Below the pieces are notes generated by a model. That model was not told the origin of the DNA. It searched no databases and worked only from the letters and a program-made list of their open reading frames with translations. From Clostridiaceae bacterium (GTDB taxonomy: Bacteria > Bacillota > Clostridia > Oscillospirales > Acutalibacteraceae): a DNA stretch of 64,000 nt. The position numbers were made by a program, and so were the translations under genes. Where the stretch lies: NCBI GenBank assembly GCA_030530095.1, contig JAUMVO010000008.1, forward strand, positions 1-64,000, read 5' to 3'. This document shows positions 40,451-48,595 of the stretch, piece after piece. Positions within the stretch are counted from its first letter, which is position 1. Every line of letters starts with the position of its first letter.

Positions 40451-41011
40451 ATGGCAGAATTCTCCAGATGGTACGTTGTTCACACCTATTCAGGTTACGA
40501 GAATAAGGTTGCGGCTAACCTTGAAACGGTTGTTGAAAACCGTTCGATGCAGGACTATGTTCTTGATATTCAGGTTCCCACCGAAATCGTTACCGAAATA
40601 AAAGAGGACGGTACTAAGAAAGAGGTCGAAAGAAAGCTGTTTCCCGGCTACGTTATCGTAAAGCTCGCCGTATTTGAGGACGAGGAGACGGGAGACCTTG
40701 AAATGACCGACGACACTTGGTATATTATCCGCAACATCAGGGGCGTCACGGGCTTTGTAGGTCCCGAGGGCAAGCCTGTTCCGCTGACCGAGGCTGAGGT
40801 GGCAAATCTCGGCGTTGAAAAACGGGTTGTTGAGGTTAATTACGAAAAAGGCGATATGGTTACGATTATCGACGGTGCGTTTGACGGTATCATCGGTGTC
40901 GTTGACGAAATCGACACGGACAACAATTTGGTCAGAGTTATTATTTCAATGCTCGGTCGTGAAACACCAATTGATCTTGAACTTGATCAGGTTGAGGCAA
41001 TTAAAGAATAG
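40451..41011 (+). CDS. nusG: Transcription termination/antitermination factor NusG
   Basis: NGN + KOW domains (WYVVHTYSGYENKV..). Confidence 0.9.
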   Translation: MAEFSRWYVVHTYSGYENKVAANLETVVENRSMQDYVLDIQVPTEIVTEIKEDGTKKEVERKLFPGYVIVKLAVFEDEETGDLEMTDDTWYIIRNIRGVTGFVGPEGKPVPLTEAEVANLGVEKRVVEVNYEKGDMVTIIDGAFDGIIGVVDEIDTDNNLVRVIISMLGRETPIDLELDQVEAIKE

Positions 41012-41119
41012 TTTGGTATTAAGCGGTAATCCGCTTCTTATAGCGAGCTTCGGCTTGCTGTGGGAGGAATAAGTAAGCCACTTGTTCCGCCACTACCACG
41101 AATTATGGAGGTATTCAAA

Positions 41120-41545
41120 ATGGCTCAGAAAGTTATAGGCTTTATTAAGCTTCAGATCCCCGCCGGTAAGGCAACACCGGCACCGCCCGTAGGACCGGCA
41201 CTCGGTCAGTACGGCGTTAACATTATGGCGTTCACAAAGGATTTCAATGAGCGCACCAAGAACGACATGGGACTTATTATCCCCGTTGTTATCACTGTTT
41301 ACGCAGACCACTCGTTCACATTCATTACCAAGACTCCGCCCGCGGCAGTTCTTCTTAAGAAGGCAGCAGGTATTGAGAGCGGTTCAGGCGAGCCGAACAA
41401 GACTAAGGTAGCTACGGTAACGAGTGAGCAGATCAGAAAGATTGCAGAGACAAAGATGCCTGACCTTAACGCAGCTTCTATCGAGACTGCTATGAGCATG
41501 ATCGCAGGTACAGCACGTTCAATGGGCATCATTGTTGAAGACTGA
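41120..41545 (+). CDS. rplK: 50S ribosomal protein L11
   Basis: [30 protein letters not shown]. Confidence 0.9.
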   Translation: MAQKVIGFIKLQIPAGKATPAPPVGPALGQYGVNIMAFTKDFNERTKNDMGLIIPVVITVYADHSFTFITKTPPAAVLLKKAAGIESGSGEPNKTKVATVTSEQIRKIAETKMPDLNAASIETAMSMIAGTARSMGIIVED

Positions 41546-41602
41546 TGCTCCTTCGTGGGAGGAAAAATCCGATTTAACCACTTAATGGGAGGAAATTAAA
41601 TT

Positions 41603-42295
41603 ATGAAACACGGTAAGAAATATAACGAGAGCGCTAAGCTCATCGAAAGAGCTAAGCTCTATGATACAACAGAGGCTTTTGAGCTTGCAGTTAAGGGCTC
41701 AACAGCTAAGTTCGACGAAACGGTTGAAGTTCACATCCGCCTTGGCGTTGACTCACGTCACGCTGACCAGCAGGTCAGAGGCGCGGTTGTTCTTCCGAAC
41801 GGAACCGGTAAGAACGTTAGAGTTGCAGTTTTTGCCAAGGGCGACGCTGCTGACGCTGCCAAGGAAGCGGGCGCTGAGCTCGTAGGCGCTGAGGACCTTC
41901 TCGCTGAGGTTCAGGGCGGTAACCTCGACTTCGACGTTTGCATCGCTTCACCCGATATGATGGGACTTGTAGGCCGTTTAGGTAAGGTTTTAGGCCCGAG
42001 AGGTCTTATGCCTTCACCCAAGGCAGGTACTGTTACTCCTGACGTAGCTAAGGCTGTTACCGAGGCTAAGGCAGGTAAGATTGAGTACAGACTTGACAAG
42101 ACCAACATCATTCACTGCCCGATAGGTAAGGTTTCCTTCGGTGCCGAGAAGCTCACCGAGAACTTCGATACACTTATGGACGCTATCGTTAAGGCAAGAC
42201 CCGCGGCGCTTAAGGGTCAGTACATCAAGTCCTGCGTAGTTGCTACTACAATGGGCCCCGGCGTTAAGATTAACTCCAACAAGTACGGCGCATAA
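41603..42295 (+). CDS. rplA: 50S ribosomal protein L1
   Basis: 230 aa, conserved L1 core. Confidence 0.9.
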   Translation: MKHGKKYNESAKLIERAKLYDTTEAFELAVKGSTAKFDETVEVHIRLGVDSRHADQQVRGAVVLPNGTGKNVRVAVFAKGDAADAAKEAGAELVGAEDLLAEVQGGNLDFDVCIASPDMMGLVGRLGKVLGPRGLMPSPKAGTVTPDVAKAVTEAKAGKIEYRLDKTNIIHCPIGKVSFGAEKLTENFDTLMDAIVKARPAALKGQYIKSCVVATTMGPGVKINSNKYGA

Positions 42296-42307
42296 TTAAT
42301 ATTTGAT

Positions 42308-42460
42308 ATTGACAAACCTTTTAAGGTGTGTTAGTATAATATCCGCTTGCCGAAGACAGTAGGTGTGTTTTACACGTAAAGATTTATCTGCCTACCGAGG
42401 GAATGGACTTAATTTATAAGTTTCTATGACCTTTTCTGTCTTCAGAGAAGGTCATTTTTA
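42308..42460 (+). promoter_or_regulatory. rplJ (L10) leader: promoter plus attenuator hairpin
   Basis: TTGACA, 17-bp spacer, TAGTAT; hairpin atgacctt-ttctgtcttcagag-aaggtcat-ttttat at 42426-42459; long structured 5' UTR as in Firmicute L10 leaders. Confidence 0.45.
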
Positions 42461-42505
42461 TATCTCATAAAGCAAGCGTAACATTTTAATAGGAGGTGAA
42501 TTCGT

Positions 42506-43156
42506 TTGCCAAGTGAGAAAGTTTTAGAAATCAAGAAGCAGCAGGTTGCAGAGCTTAAGGACAGATTCGATAAGGCAGTTGCCGGCGTTTTCGTTGATTA
42601 CAAGGGTATTTCGGTTGCTGACGATACAAAGCTTCGTAAAGAGCTTCGTGAAGCAGGCGTTAAGTACACGGTTACTAAGAACACTCTTATCCACCTTGCA
42701 ATAGACGGTACTGACCTTGCAGGTCTTGACGGCGTTCTTTCGGGAACAACTGCTATCGCTACATCCGACGAGGATTATGCGGCAGCCGCAAGAATACTCG
42801 GTAAGTTCGCAGATGCAAACAAGAACTTTGCTCTTAAGGGCGGCTTCATTGACAACGAGGTTATCGATCTCGATAAGCTCCAAAGCCTTGCAAAGCTCCC
42901 GTCAAGAGAGGTATTGCTTGCTACTGTTTGCAACGCATTCCAGGCACCTATCGCAGCTTTTGCACGTGCTATTCAGGCAGTTGTTGACAAGAGCGGTGAA
43001 GAGGTCCCCGCAGCTCCCGCAGAGGAGAAGGCTGAGGCACCCGCAGAAGAAGCAGCAGCTGAAGCGCCCGTTGAGGATGCAGCTCCCGCAGAGGAGACAG
43101 CAGAGGCTCCTGCAGAGGAGGCTCCCGCAGCAGCAGAGGAAACTCCTGCTGAATAA
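42506..43156 (+). CDS. rplJ: 50S ribosomal protein L10 with an ~50-aa acidic Ala/Glu/Pro-rich C-terminal extension
   Basis: TTG start after RBS aggaggtg; L10 core; tail EEVPAAPAEEKAEAPAEEAAAEAPVEDAAPAEE... Confidence 0.85.
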   Translation: MPSEKVLEIKKQQVAELKDRFDKAVAGVFVDYKGISVADDTKLRKELREAGVKYTVTKNTLIHLAIDGTDLAGLDGVLSGTTAIATSDEDYAAAARILGKFADANKNFALKGGFIDNEVIDLDKLQSLAKLPSREVLLATVCNAFQAPIAAFARAIQAVVDKSGEEVPAAPAEEKAEAPAEEAAAEAPVEDAAPAEETAEAPAEEAPAAAEETPAE

Positions 43157-43193
43157 TTAATTTGAATTTTACTAAATAATGGAGGAAAATAAA

Positions 43194-43574
43194 ATGGCAT
43201 CAGAAAAGATTGCAGCAATGATCGAAGAGATCAAGGCTCTCAGTGTTCTTGAGCTTTCAGAGCTCGTTCACGCAGTAGAAGAGGAATTCGGCGTTTCAGC
43301 CGCAGCAGCAGTTGCAGTAGCAGCTCCCGTAGAGGGTGGCGCAGCCGCAGCAGCAGACGAGAAGACAGAGTTCGATGTTGAGCTCACAGAAGTCGGTGCA
43401 GAGAAGATTAAGGTTATCAAGGCTGTTCGTGAGATCACCGGTCTCGGCCTTGCAGAGGCTAAGGCTCTCGTTGACGGCGCTCCCAAGGTTATCAAGGAGC
43501 AGGCTTCCAAGGATGACGCAGACGCAGCTAAGGCTAAGCTTGAAGAAGTTGGCGCTAAGGTTACTCTTAAATAA
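43194..43574 (+). CDS. rplL: 50S ribosomal protein L7/L12
   Basis: RBS ggagg; conserved C-terminal domain [22 protein letters not shown]. Confidence 0.9.
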   Translation: MASEKIAAMIEEIKALSVLELSELVHAVEEEFGVSAAAAVAVAAPVEGGAAAAADEKTEFDVELTEVGAEKIKVIKAVREITGLGLAEAKALVDGAPKVIKEQASKDDADAAKAKLEEVGAKVTLK

Positions 43575-43593
43575 GTCATTTTTATTAAAGAAT

Positions 43594-43626
43594 TCGGCTT
43601 CCGTATTATCGGAAGCCGTCTTTTTT
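43594..43626 (+). terminator. Intrinsic terminator after rplL
   Basis: cggcttccg-atatta-cggaagccg-tcttttttt. Confidence 0.8.
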
Positions 43627-43736
43627 TACGTGAACATTCCGTAAATATTTTTTTGGAAAATTTGTACCGAATCTATTGACATTGTTGATTTTTGTGATAT
43701 TATTATTTTAGAAACATATGAAAGGAGGCTTCCTGA

Positions 43737-43835
43737 ATGGACGGCATTCTCGATACAATTAAGGGCTTCTTAATGCCTATCCTTGAGACAATCCTCGGAT
43801 TGATAGGTCTTGACGCCAGCAGCCTGCCGTTTTAA
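43737..43835 (+). CDS. Small hydrophobic 32-aa peptide ORF (MDGILDTIKGFLMPILETILGLIGLDASSLPF)
   Basis: Promoter TTGACA, 16-bp spacer, TATTAT at 43675-43702; strong RBS aaaggagg 7 nt before the ATG; hairpin 43879-43905 downstream. Confidence 0.3.
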   Translation: MDGILDTIKGFLMPILETILGLIGLDASSLPF

Positions 43836-43938
43836 TGAATTTGATTCATTACGGTAGTCTCTTAAATTAAGTTATTAGTAAAAAGGAGTATACCGTTGGT
43901 ATACTCCTTTACTTCCTTTTATAAAAGAGGTCATCAGG

Positions 43939-44568
43939 ATGAAAAAATCTTTAAGTCTTATAATTGTTTTTGCTGTTTTACTGACTCTGTGTTCGTGCAG
44001 TATGTACGGACTTGACGAGCAGGAGGAGTCTACAACGGCTGCTCCGAATATTGTTATTATTCAGGATACAACCGCACCTGCTGAAGCTGAAACGGGAGGG
44101 GAAATTGCTTCCGACGTTCCTGATTCTCAAAATACAGGTGTTCCTGTGACTACCTCCTCAGCACCTGAAAATACTGCTCCCGCTGCCAACGAACCGACTA
44201 CGGTTGCGGTCAAGACGTATTATACGGACGACCCGAATAATCCTTATATTGTTAAGATCTCGGATAAATACGGTGTTGACAGAAGCTGTCTTGTAGCATT
44301 TGTCCGCGCAAATTCCAAAACGCCCGGCGCGACTGTTTTACAGTTCAAGGGCAACAGAGATTCTTCCGGAAATCTGATTACGACTTCCGACGAACTAATC
44401 TATGTCTATGATGTTCAGGACAACGGAACAATACAAAAAACCAACCGAGACGGTTCCGACGTTGAAGGCTTGCCGCCGGTGGCAGGCAAGGCTATGTTTA
44501 CGCTTGTTGAAAAATACATTATGCCTGATATCGAGAAATTTAAGAGAGAAAACAGACTCGAAGGTTAA
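43939..44568 (+). CDS. Lipoprotein of unknown function (Thr/Pro/Ala-rich linker)
   Basis: Signal peptide with lipobox LTLCSC; 209 aa. Confidence 0.55.
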   Translation: MKKSLSLIIVFAVLLTLCSCSMYGLDEQEESTTAAPNIVIIQDTTAPAEAETGGEIASDVPDSQNTGVPVTTSSAPENTAPAANEPTTVAVKTYYTDDPNNPYIVKISDKYGVDRSCLVAFVRANSKTPGATVLQFKGNRDSSGNLITTSDELIYVYDVQDNGTIQKTNRDGSDVEGLPPVAGKAMFTLVEKYIMPDIEKFKRENRLEG

Positions 44569-44591
44569 AAATCATCTAAGAATAAATATTA

Positions 44592-44622
44592 AAAAGCCGC
44601 AGGTTTTCCTGCGGCTTTTACT
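44592..44622. terminator. Bidirectional terminator between the lipoprotein gene and convergent rex
   Basis: aaaaagccgcagg-ttttc-ctgcggctttta. Confidence 0.7.
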
Positions 44623-44633
44623 CTAATTAGAAA

Positions 44634-45272
44634 TTATTTATCTAACTCGCTTATACGGTAACTTAAAGTCATAAGACTGTCGGAAAGGTGGACGTTCTCA
44701 ACAGCCACGTCGGGATACTCGGAAGCAATGTCGTAATGGCTGAAATTCCAGAATCCCTTGATGCCTAGCGGAACAAGCTCGTCGATAATTTCTTTGGCGT
44801 TCTCGCTCGGAATACAGAGAACGGCAACAACAGGGGAGTTGTCCTTACAGAAATTATAGAGCCCGTCAATATGGCGTATCGGGATGTTGCGTATCAGCTG
44901 TCCGGAGAGCGCCTCGTTCTTATCAAAAATACCGATAAGATTGAAACCGCGCTGTTCAAACGCCATGTGCGTGGCAATTGCCTTACCGAGATGTCCCGCG
45001 CCGATAAGTATCGTCTTACGTTTGTTATTGACACCGAGAATCTTGCCGATTTCCTTATATAACTGTTCAACGTTATAGCCGTAGCCCTGCTGACCGAATC
45101 CGCCGAAGCAGTTAAGGTCCTGTCTTATCTGAGATGCGGTGAAGCCCATTCTCTTGGACAGTTCACCCGATGAAATTCTGACAATGCCCTTGTTCTTGAG
45201 CTCGCCTAAAAAACGGTAATATCTCGGCAGTCTTTTTATAACCGAGGTTGAAACAACCGTGTTCTTCGCCAT
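44634..45272 (-). CDS. rex: Redox-sensing transcriptional repressor Rex
   Basis: N-terminal winged helix (RLPRYYRFL) plus Rossmann NADH-binding domain (ILIGAGHLG). Confidence 0.85.
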   Translation of the reverse strand: MAKNTVVSTSVIKRLPRYYRFLGELKNKGIVRISSGELSKRMGFTASQIRQDLNCFGGFGQQGYGYNVEQLYKEIGKILGVNNKRKTILIGAGHLGKAIATHMAFEQRGFNLIGIFDKNEALSGQLIRNIPIRHIDGLYNFCKDNSPVVAVLCIPSENAKEIIDELVPLGIKGFWNFSHYDIASEYPDVAVENVHLSDSLMTLSYRISELDK

Positions 45273-45281
45273 TTTATTACC

Positions 45282-46451
45282 TCACTCGGATAATTTCTTA
45301 ACGGTTTCCATTACGTAATCGCCGAACTGCTCGCAGGTAGCGCCGTCACTTCTGCCTGTAATCTTAAGCTTTGCTTCGTCAAACATACAGATATCAAGCG
45401 CCTTTTCAAGCAAATCGGCCTTTTCCTGCCTGCCGATGTGAGAGAGGAGCATAACGCTTGCGCGAAGCATTGAGCACGGGTCGGCGTACTGACCTCTGCC
45501 TTCGTCAATCATTCTCGGCGCTGAGCCGTGGATGGCTTCAAACATAGCATAACGCTTACCTAAGTTTGCGCTGCCCGCAGTACCGACGCCGCCCTGGAAT
45601 TCGGCTGCCTCGTCTGTCAGAATGTCGCCGTAAAGGTTAGGAAGGATGAATACCTTGAAATCGCGTCTTCTCTTCTCGTCAACAAGCTTGGCTGTCGCGA
45701 TGTCGATATACCACTCGTCAGTCGTGATTTCGGGATAATCCTTGCTGATTTCACGGCAGAGATTAAGGAATTTACCGTCAGTAGTCTTTATTACGTTCGC
45801 CTTGTTGATAATCGAAACTCTGTCCTTATGATTCTTTCTTGCATATTCGTAGGCGAGACGTGCAATTCTCTGCGTACCTTCCGTTGTGGTTACAACGAAG
45901 TCAAACGCAAGGTCATCGTCAACGTTGACGCCCTTTGAACCGACTGCATAAGCGCCCTCGGTATTCTCTCTGAAGAAAGTCCAGTCGATGCCCTGTTCGG
46001 GGATTTTGACGGGACGTACGTTTGCAAATAGGTCAAGAGCCTTACGCATGGCAACGTTTGCCGACTCGATATTGGGCATATCGGAACCTGCCTGCGGAGT
46101 GGTTGTCGGTCCCTTAAGAATAACGTGACACTTCTTGAGCTCTTCAAGTACGTCGTCGGGAATCGGCTTCATCTTTGCAATTCTGTTTTCGATGGTAAGA
46201 CCGTCGATAACCTTGAATTCAATTTTGCCCGCCTTGACTTCGTCGGCAAGCATATATTCAAGTACTCTTGCCGATTCCTTGGTGATAATCGGGCCTATGC
46301 CGTCACCGCCGCAGACACCGATAATTATTTTATCAAGCTTATCAAAATCAAGGTATTCCTTATCAGCCTTGATTCTGTCGGAGCGTTCGGACTGTTCTCT
46401 TACAAGCTCCTCAAACTTTTTTAATGCTGCCTGTAATTGCTGTTCTGTCAT
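45282..46451 (-). CDS. icd: NAD(P)-dependent isocitrate dehydrogenase (isocitrate/isopropylmalate dehydrogenase family) with a ~35-aa N-terminal extension
   Basis: Beta-decarboxylating dehydrogenase motifs (NLYGDILTDEAA, GSAP); co-operonic with aconitase. Confidence 0.7.
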   Translation of the reverse strand: MTEQQLQAALKKFEELVREQSERSDRIKADKEYLDFDKLDKIIIGVCGGDGIGPIITKESARVLEYMLADEVKAGKIEFKVIDGLTIENRIAKMKPIPDDVLEELKKCHVILKGPTTTPQAGSDMPNIESANVAMRKALDLFANVRPVKIPEQGIDWTFFRENTEGAYAVGSKGVNVDDDLAFDFVVTTTEGTQRIARLAYEYARKNHKDRVSIINKANVIKTTDGKFLNLCREISKDYPEITTDEWYIDIATAKLVDEKRRRDFKVFILPNLYGDILTDEAAEFQGGVGTAGSANLGKRYAMFEAIHGSAPRMIDEGRGQYADPCSMLRASVMLLSHIGRQEKADLLEKALDICMFDEAKLKITGRSDGATCEQFGDYVMETVKKLSE

Positions 46452-48382
46452 TTTATTGCCTCCTTGGTGTAATTGAGAAGACCGCCGTCAAGGATTATAT
46501 CCTTCTGACGTGTCGATAAATCGTATTTAAGCTCGTATTTCTCGCCCTTGGTGAGATTTTCGAGATAAGCGGTTTCGCCGTTTACAATAGCGGATTTGAT
46601 ACCGTTAAGGGCTAATTCGTCGCCCTGATCAATTCTGTCGTAATCGTCCGCGTTTGCGAAGTTCAGCGGCAGGATACCCGCGTTGATAAGGTTTGCGCAG
46701 TGGATACGCGCAAACGATTTTGTGATAACAGCCTTGATTCCGAGATAAAGCGGAACGAGAGCCGCATGTTCTCTCGACGAGCCCTGACCGTAGTTTGCGC
46801 CGCCGATGATTATTCCCTTGCCTTCAGCCTTGCATCTTTCGGGGAATTCCTTGTCGCATACCGCGAAGCAGAACTGCGAAAGGTGCGGTATATTGCTGCG
46901 GTAGGGGAGTATCTTGGCGCCTGCCGGCATAATATGGTCGGTTGTAATATCGTCGCCGACCTTAAGTATAGCTTTTGCAACTATATTCTCGGGCATCTTT
47001 GTTGTGGTCGGGAAGGGCTTGATATTCGGTCCGTAGAGAACTTCAACATCCTTTGCTTCTTCGGGAGAAGCTGGCATCTCAACCATATTGTCGTTTACAA
47101 TGAACGAGTCGGGCATCATAATATGAAGCGGTTCGCCTAAGGTTCTCGGATCAGTCAGAACGCCTGTCAGCGCAGATGCCGCCGCAACCTCGGGGCTGAC
47201 GAGGTAAATACCCGCGTCGGCTGTTCCCGAACGTCCGAGGAAGTTACGGTTGAAGGTGCGAAGCGAAATACCGGCGGAGTTTGGGGACTGTCCCATACCG
47301 ATACACGGGCCGCATGCGCTCTCGAGTATTCTCGCACCCGCCGAAATCATATCGGAAAGCGCACCGTTTAATGCAAGCATATTGAGAACCTGCTTAGAGC
47401 CGGGAGCAATTGAAAGGCTTACATTGGGAGCGACCGTCTTGCCTCTGAGGATTGCCGCAACCTTCAGCATATCCATAAGCGAGGAATTGGTGCAGGAGCC
47501 GATACAAACCTGATCGACCTTGATTTCACCGATTTCCTTAACCTTCTTAACTCTGTCGGGCATATGGGGCATAGCTGCCATAGGCTCAAGCTCGGAGAGA
47601 TTGATTTCTATCGTCTCGTCATAAACCGCATCGTCGTCAGCCTTGAGCTCCGACCAGTCTTCCTCTCTGCCTTGCGCTTTCAGAAATGCCTTTGTAATCT
47701 CGTCAGACGGGAAAACCGACGTAGTAGCACCGAGCTCCGCGCCCATATTGGTGATGGTCGCTCTCTCGGGAACGGATAAGGTCTTAACGCCTTCGCCGGT
47801 GTATTCTATAATCTTGCCTACGCCGCCCTTGACGGTCATAATACGAAGCACTTCAAGTATAACGTCTTTTGCCGCTACGTAGGGCTGAAGCTCGCCCGTA
47901 AGATGTACGTTGACGATTTTGGGCATTGTGATATAGTACGTGCCGCCGCCCATGGCTACGGCTACGTCAAGTCCGCCTGCGCCCATCGCAAGCATACCGA
48001 TACCGCCGCCTGTGGGAGTGTGGCTGTCGGAGCCGATAAGCGTTTTACCGGGTTTGCCGAAACGCTCAAGATGTACCTGATGGCAAATGCCGTTACCGGG
48101 GCGTGAAAAGCGTATGCCTCTCTTTTTGGCAACCGACTGAATAAAACGGTGGTCGTCCGCGTTTTCAAAGCCCGTCTGCAGGGTGTTGTGGTCGATATAT
48201 GCGACGGAAAGCTCCGTCCTTACGCGCTCAACGCCCATAGCTTCGAATTCAAGATAGGCCATCGTGCCCGTAGCGTCTTGCGTAAGAGTCTGGTCGATTC
48301 TCAGTCCGACCTCGCTGCCTACGGTCATTTCGCCCGATACAAGATGGCTTTTGATCAGCTTTTGTGCTACTGTAAGTCCCAT
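46448..48382 (-). CDS. acn: Aconitate hydratase (644-aa form)
   Basis: Aconitase family with Fe-S Cys ligands; RBS aggag 7 nt before the ATG at 48382 (the first in-frame ATG at 48451 has no RBS). Confidence 0.8.
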   Translation of the reverse strand: MGLTVAQKLIKSHLVSGEMTVGSEVGLRIDQTLTQDATGTMAYLEFEAMGVERVRTELSVAYIDHNTLQTGFENADDHRFIQSVAKKRGIRFSRPGNGICHQVHLERFGKPGKTLIGSDSHTPTGGGIGMLAMGAGGLDVAVAMGGGTYYITMPKIVNVHLTGELQPYVAAKDVILEVLRIMTVKGGVGKIIEYTGEGVKTLSVPERATITNMGAELGATTSVFPSDEITKAFLKAQGREEDWSELKADDDAVYDETIEINLSELEPMAAMPHMPDRVKKVKEIGEIKVDQVCIGSCTNSSLMDMLKVAAILRGKTVAPNVSLSIAPGSKQVLNMLALNGALSDMISAGARILESACGPCIGMGQSPNSAGISLRTFNRNFLGRSGTADAGIYLVSPEVAAASALTGVLTDPRTLGEPLHIMMPDSFIVNDNMVEMPASPEEAKDVEVLYGPNIKPFPTTTKMPENIVAKAILKVGDDITTDHIMPAGAKILPYRSNIPHLSQFCFAVCDKEFPERCKAEGKGIIIGGANYGQGSSREHAALVPLYLGIKAVITKSFARIHCANLINAGILPLNFANADDYDRIDQGDELALNGIKSAIVNGETAYLENLTKGEKYELKYDLSTRQKDIILDGGLLNYTKEAIK

Positions 48383-48398
48383 AAGTTTTCTCCTTGAC

Positions 48399-48417
48399 TT
48401 GTTAACTTTTTTAACAA
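48399..48417. promoter_or_regulatory. Rex operator-like inverted repeat immediately upstream of the acn RBS
   Basis: TTGTTAAC-TTTT-TTAACAA; matches the clostridial Rex box TTGTTAAnnnnTTAACAA with a one-nt longer spacer. Confidence 0.5.
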
Positions 48418-48595
48418 TCTTTATTGTATTACTTTGTCTATTTTTTGTCAATAAACAAATAGTGAATAATTGTAACTTTTTTTAAGTTTTTATAACTAGT
48501 AGTTGATATATTGAATGTTTTGTGATACAATATATAGGCTAATATACAATTTTTAACTACTTTCAGATACAGTTAAACCTTTCAGGAGGTAAACA

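Noticed and set aside
41012-41119. Hairpin aagcggtaatccgctt between nusG and rplK as a terminator
   Set aside because: No downstream T-tract; more likely part of the rplK leader structure, so not called
46125-48485. Plus-strand ORFs overlapping the acn and icd genes (e.g. 46700..47140 +, 46125..46424 +)
   Set aside because: Embedded antisense to strongly conserved aconitase/IDH coding sequence
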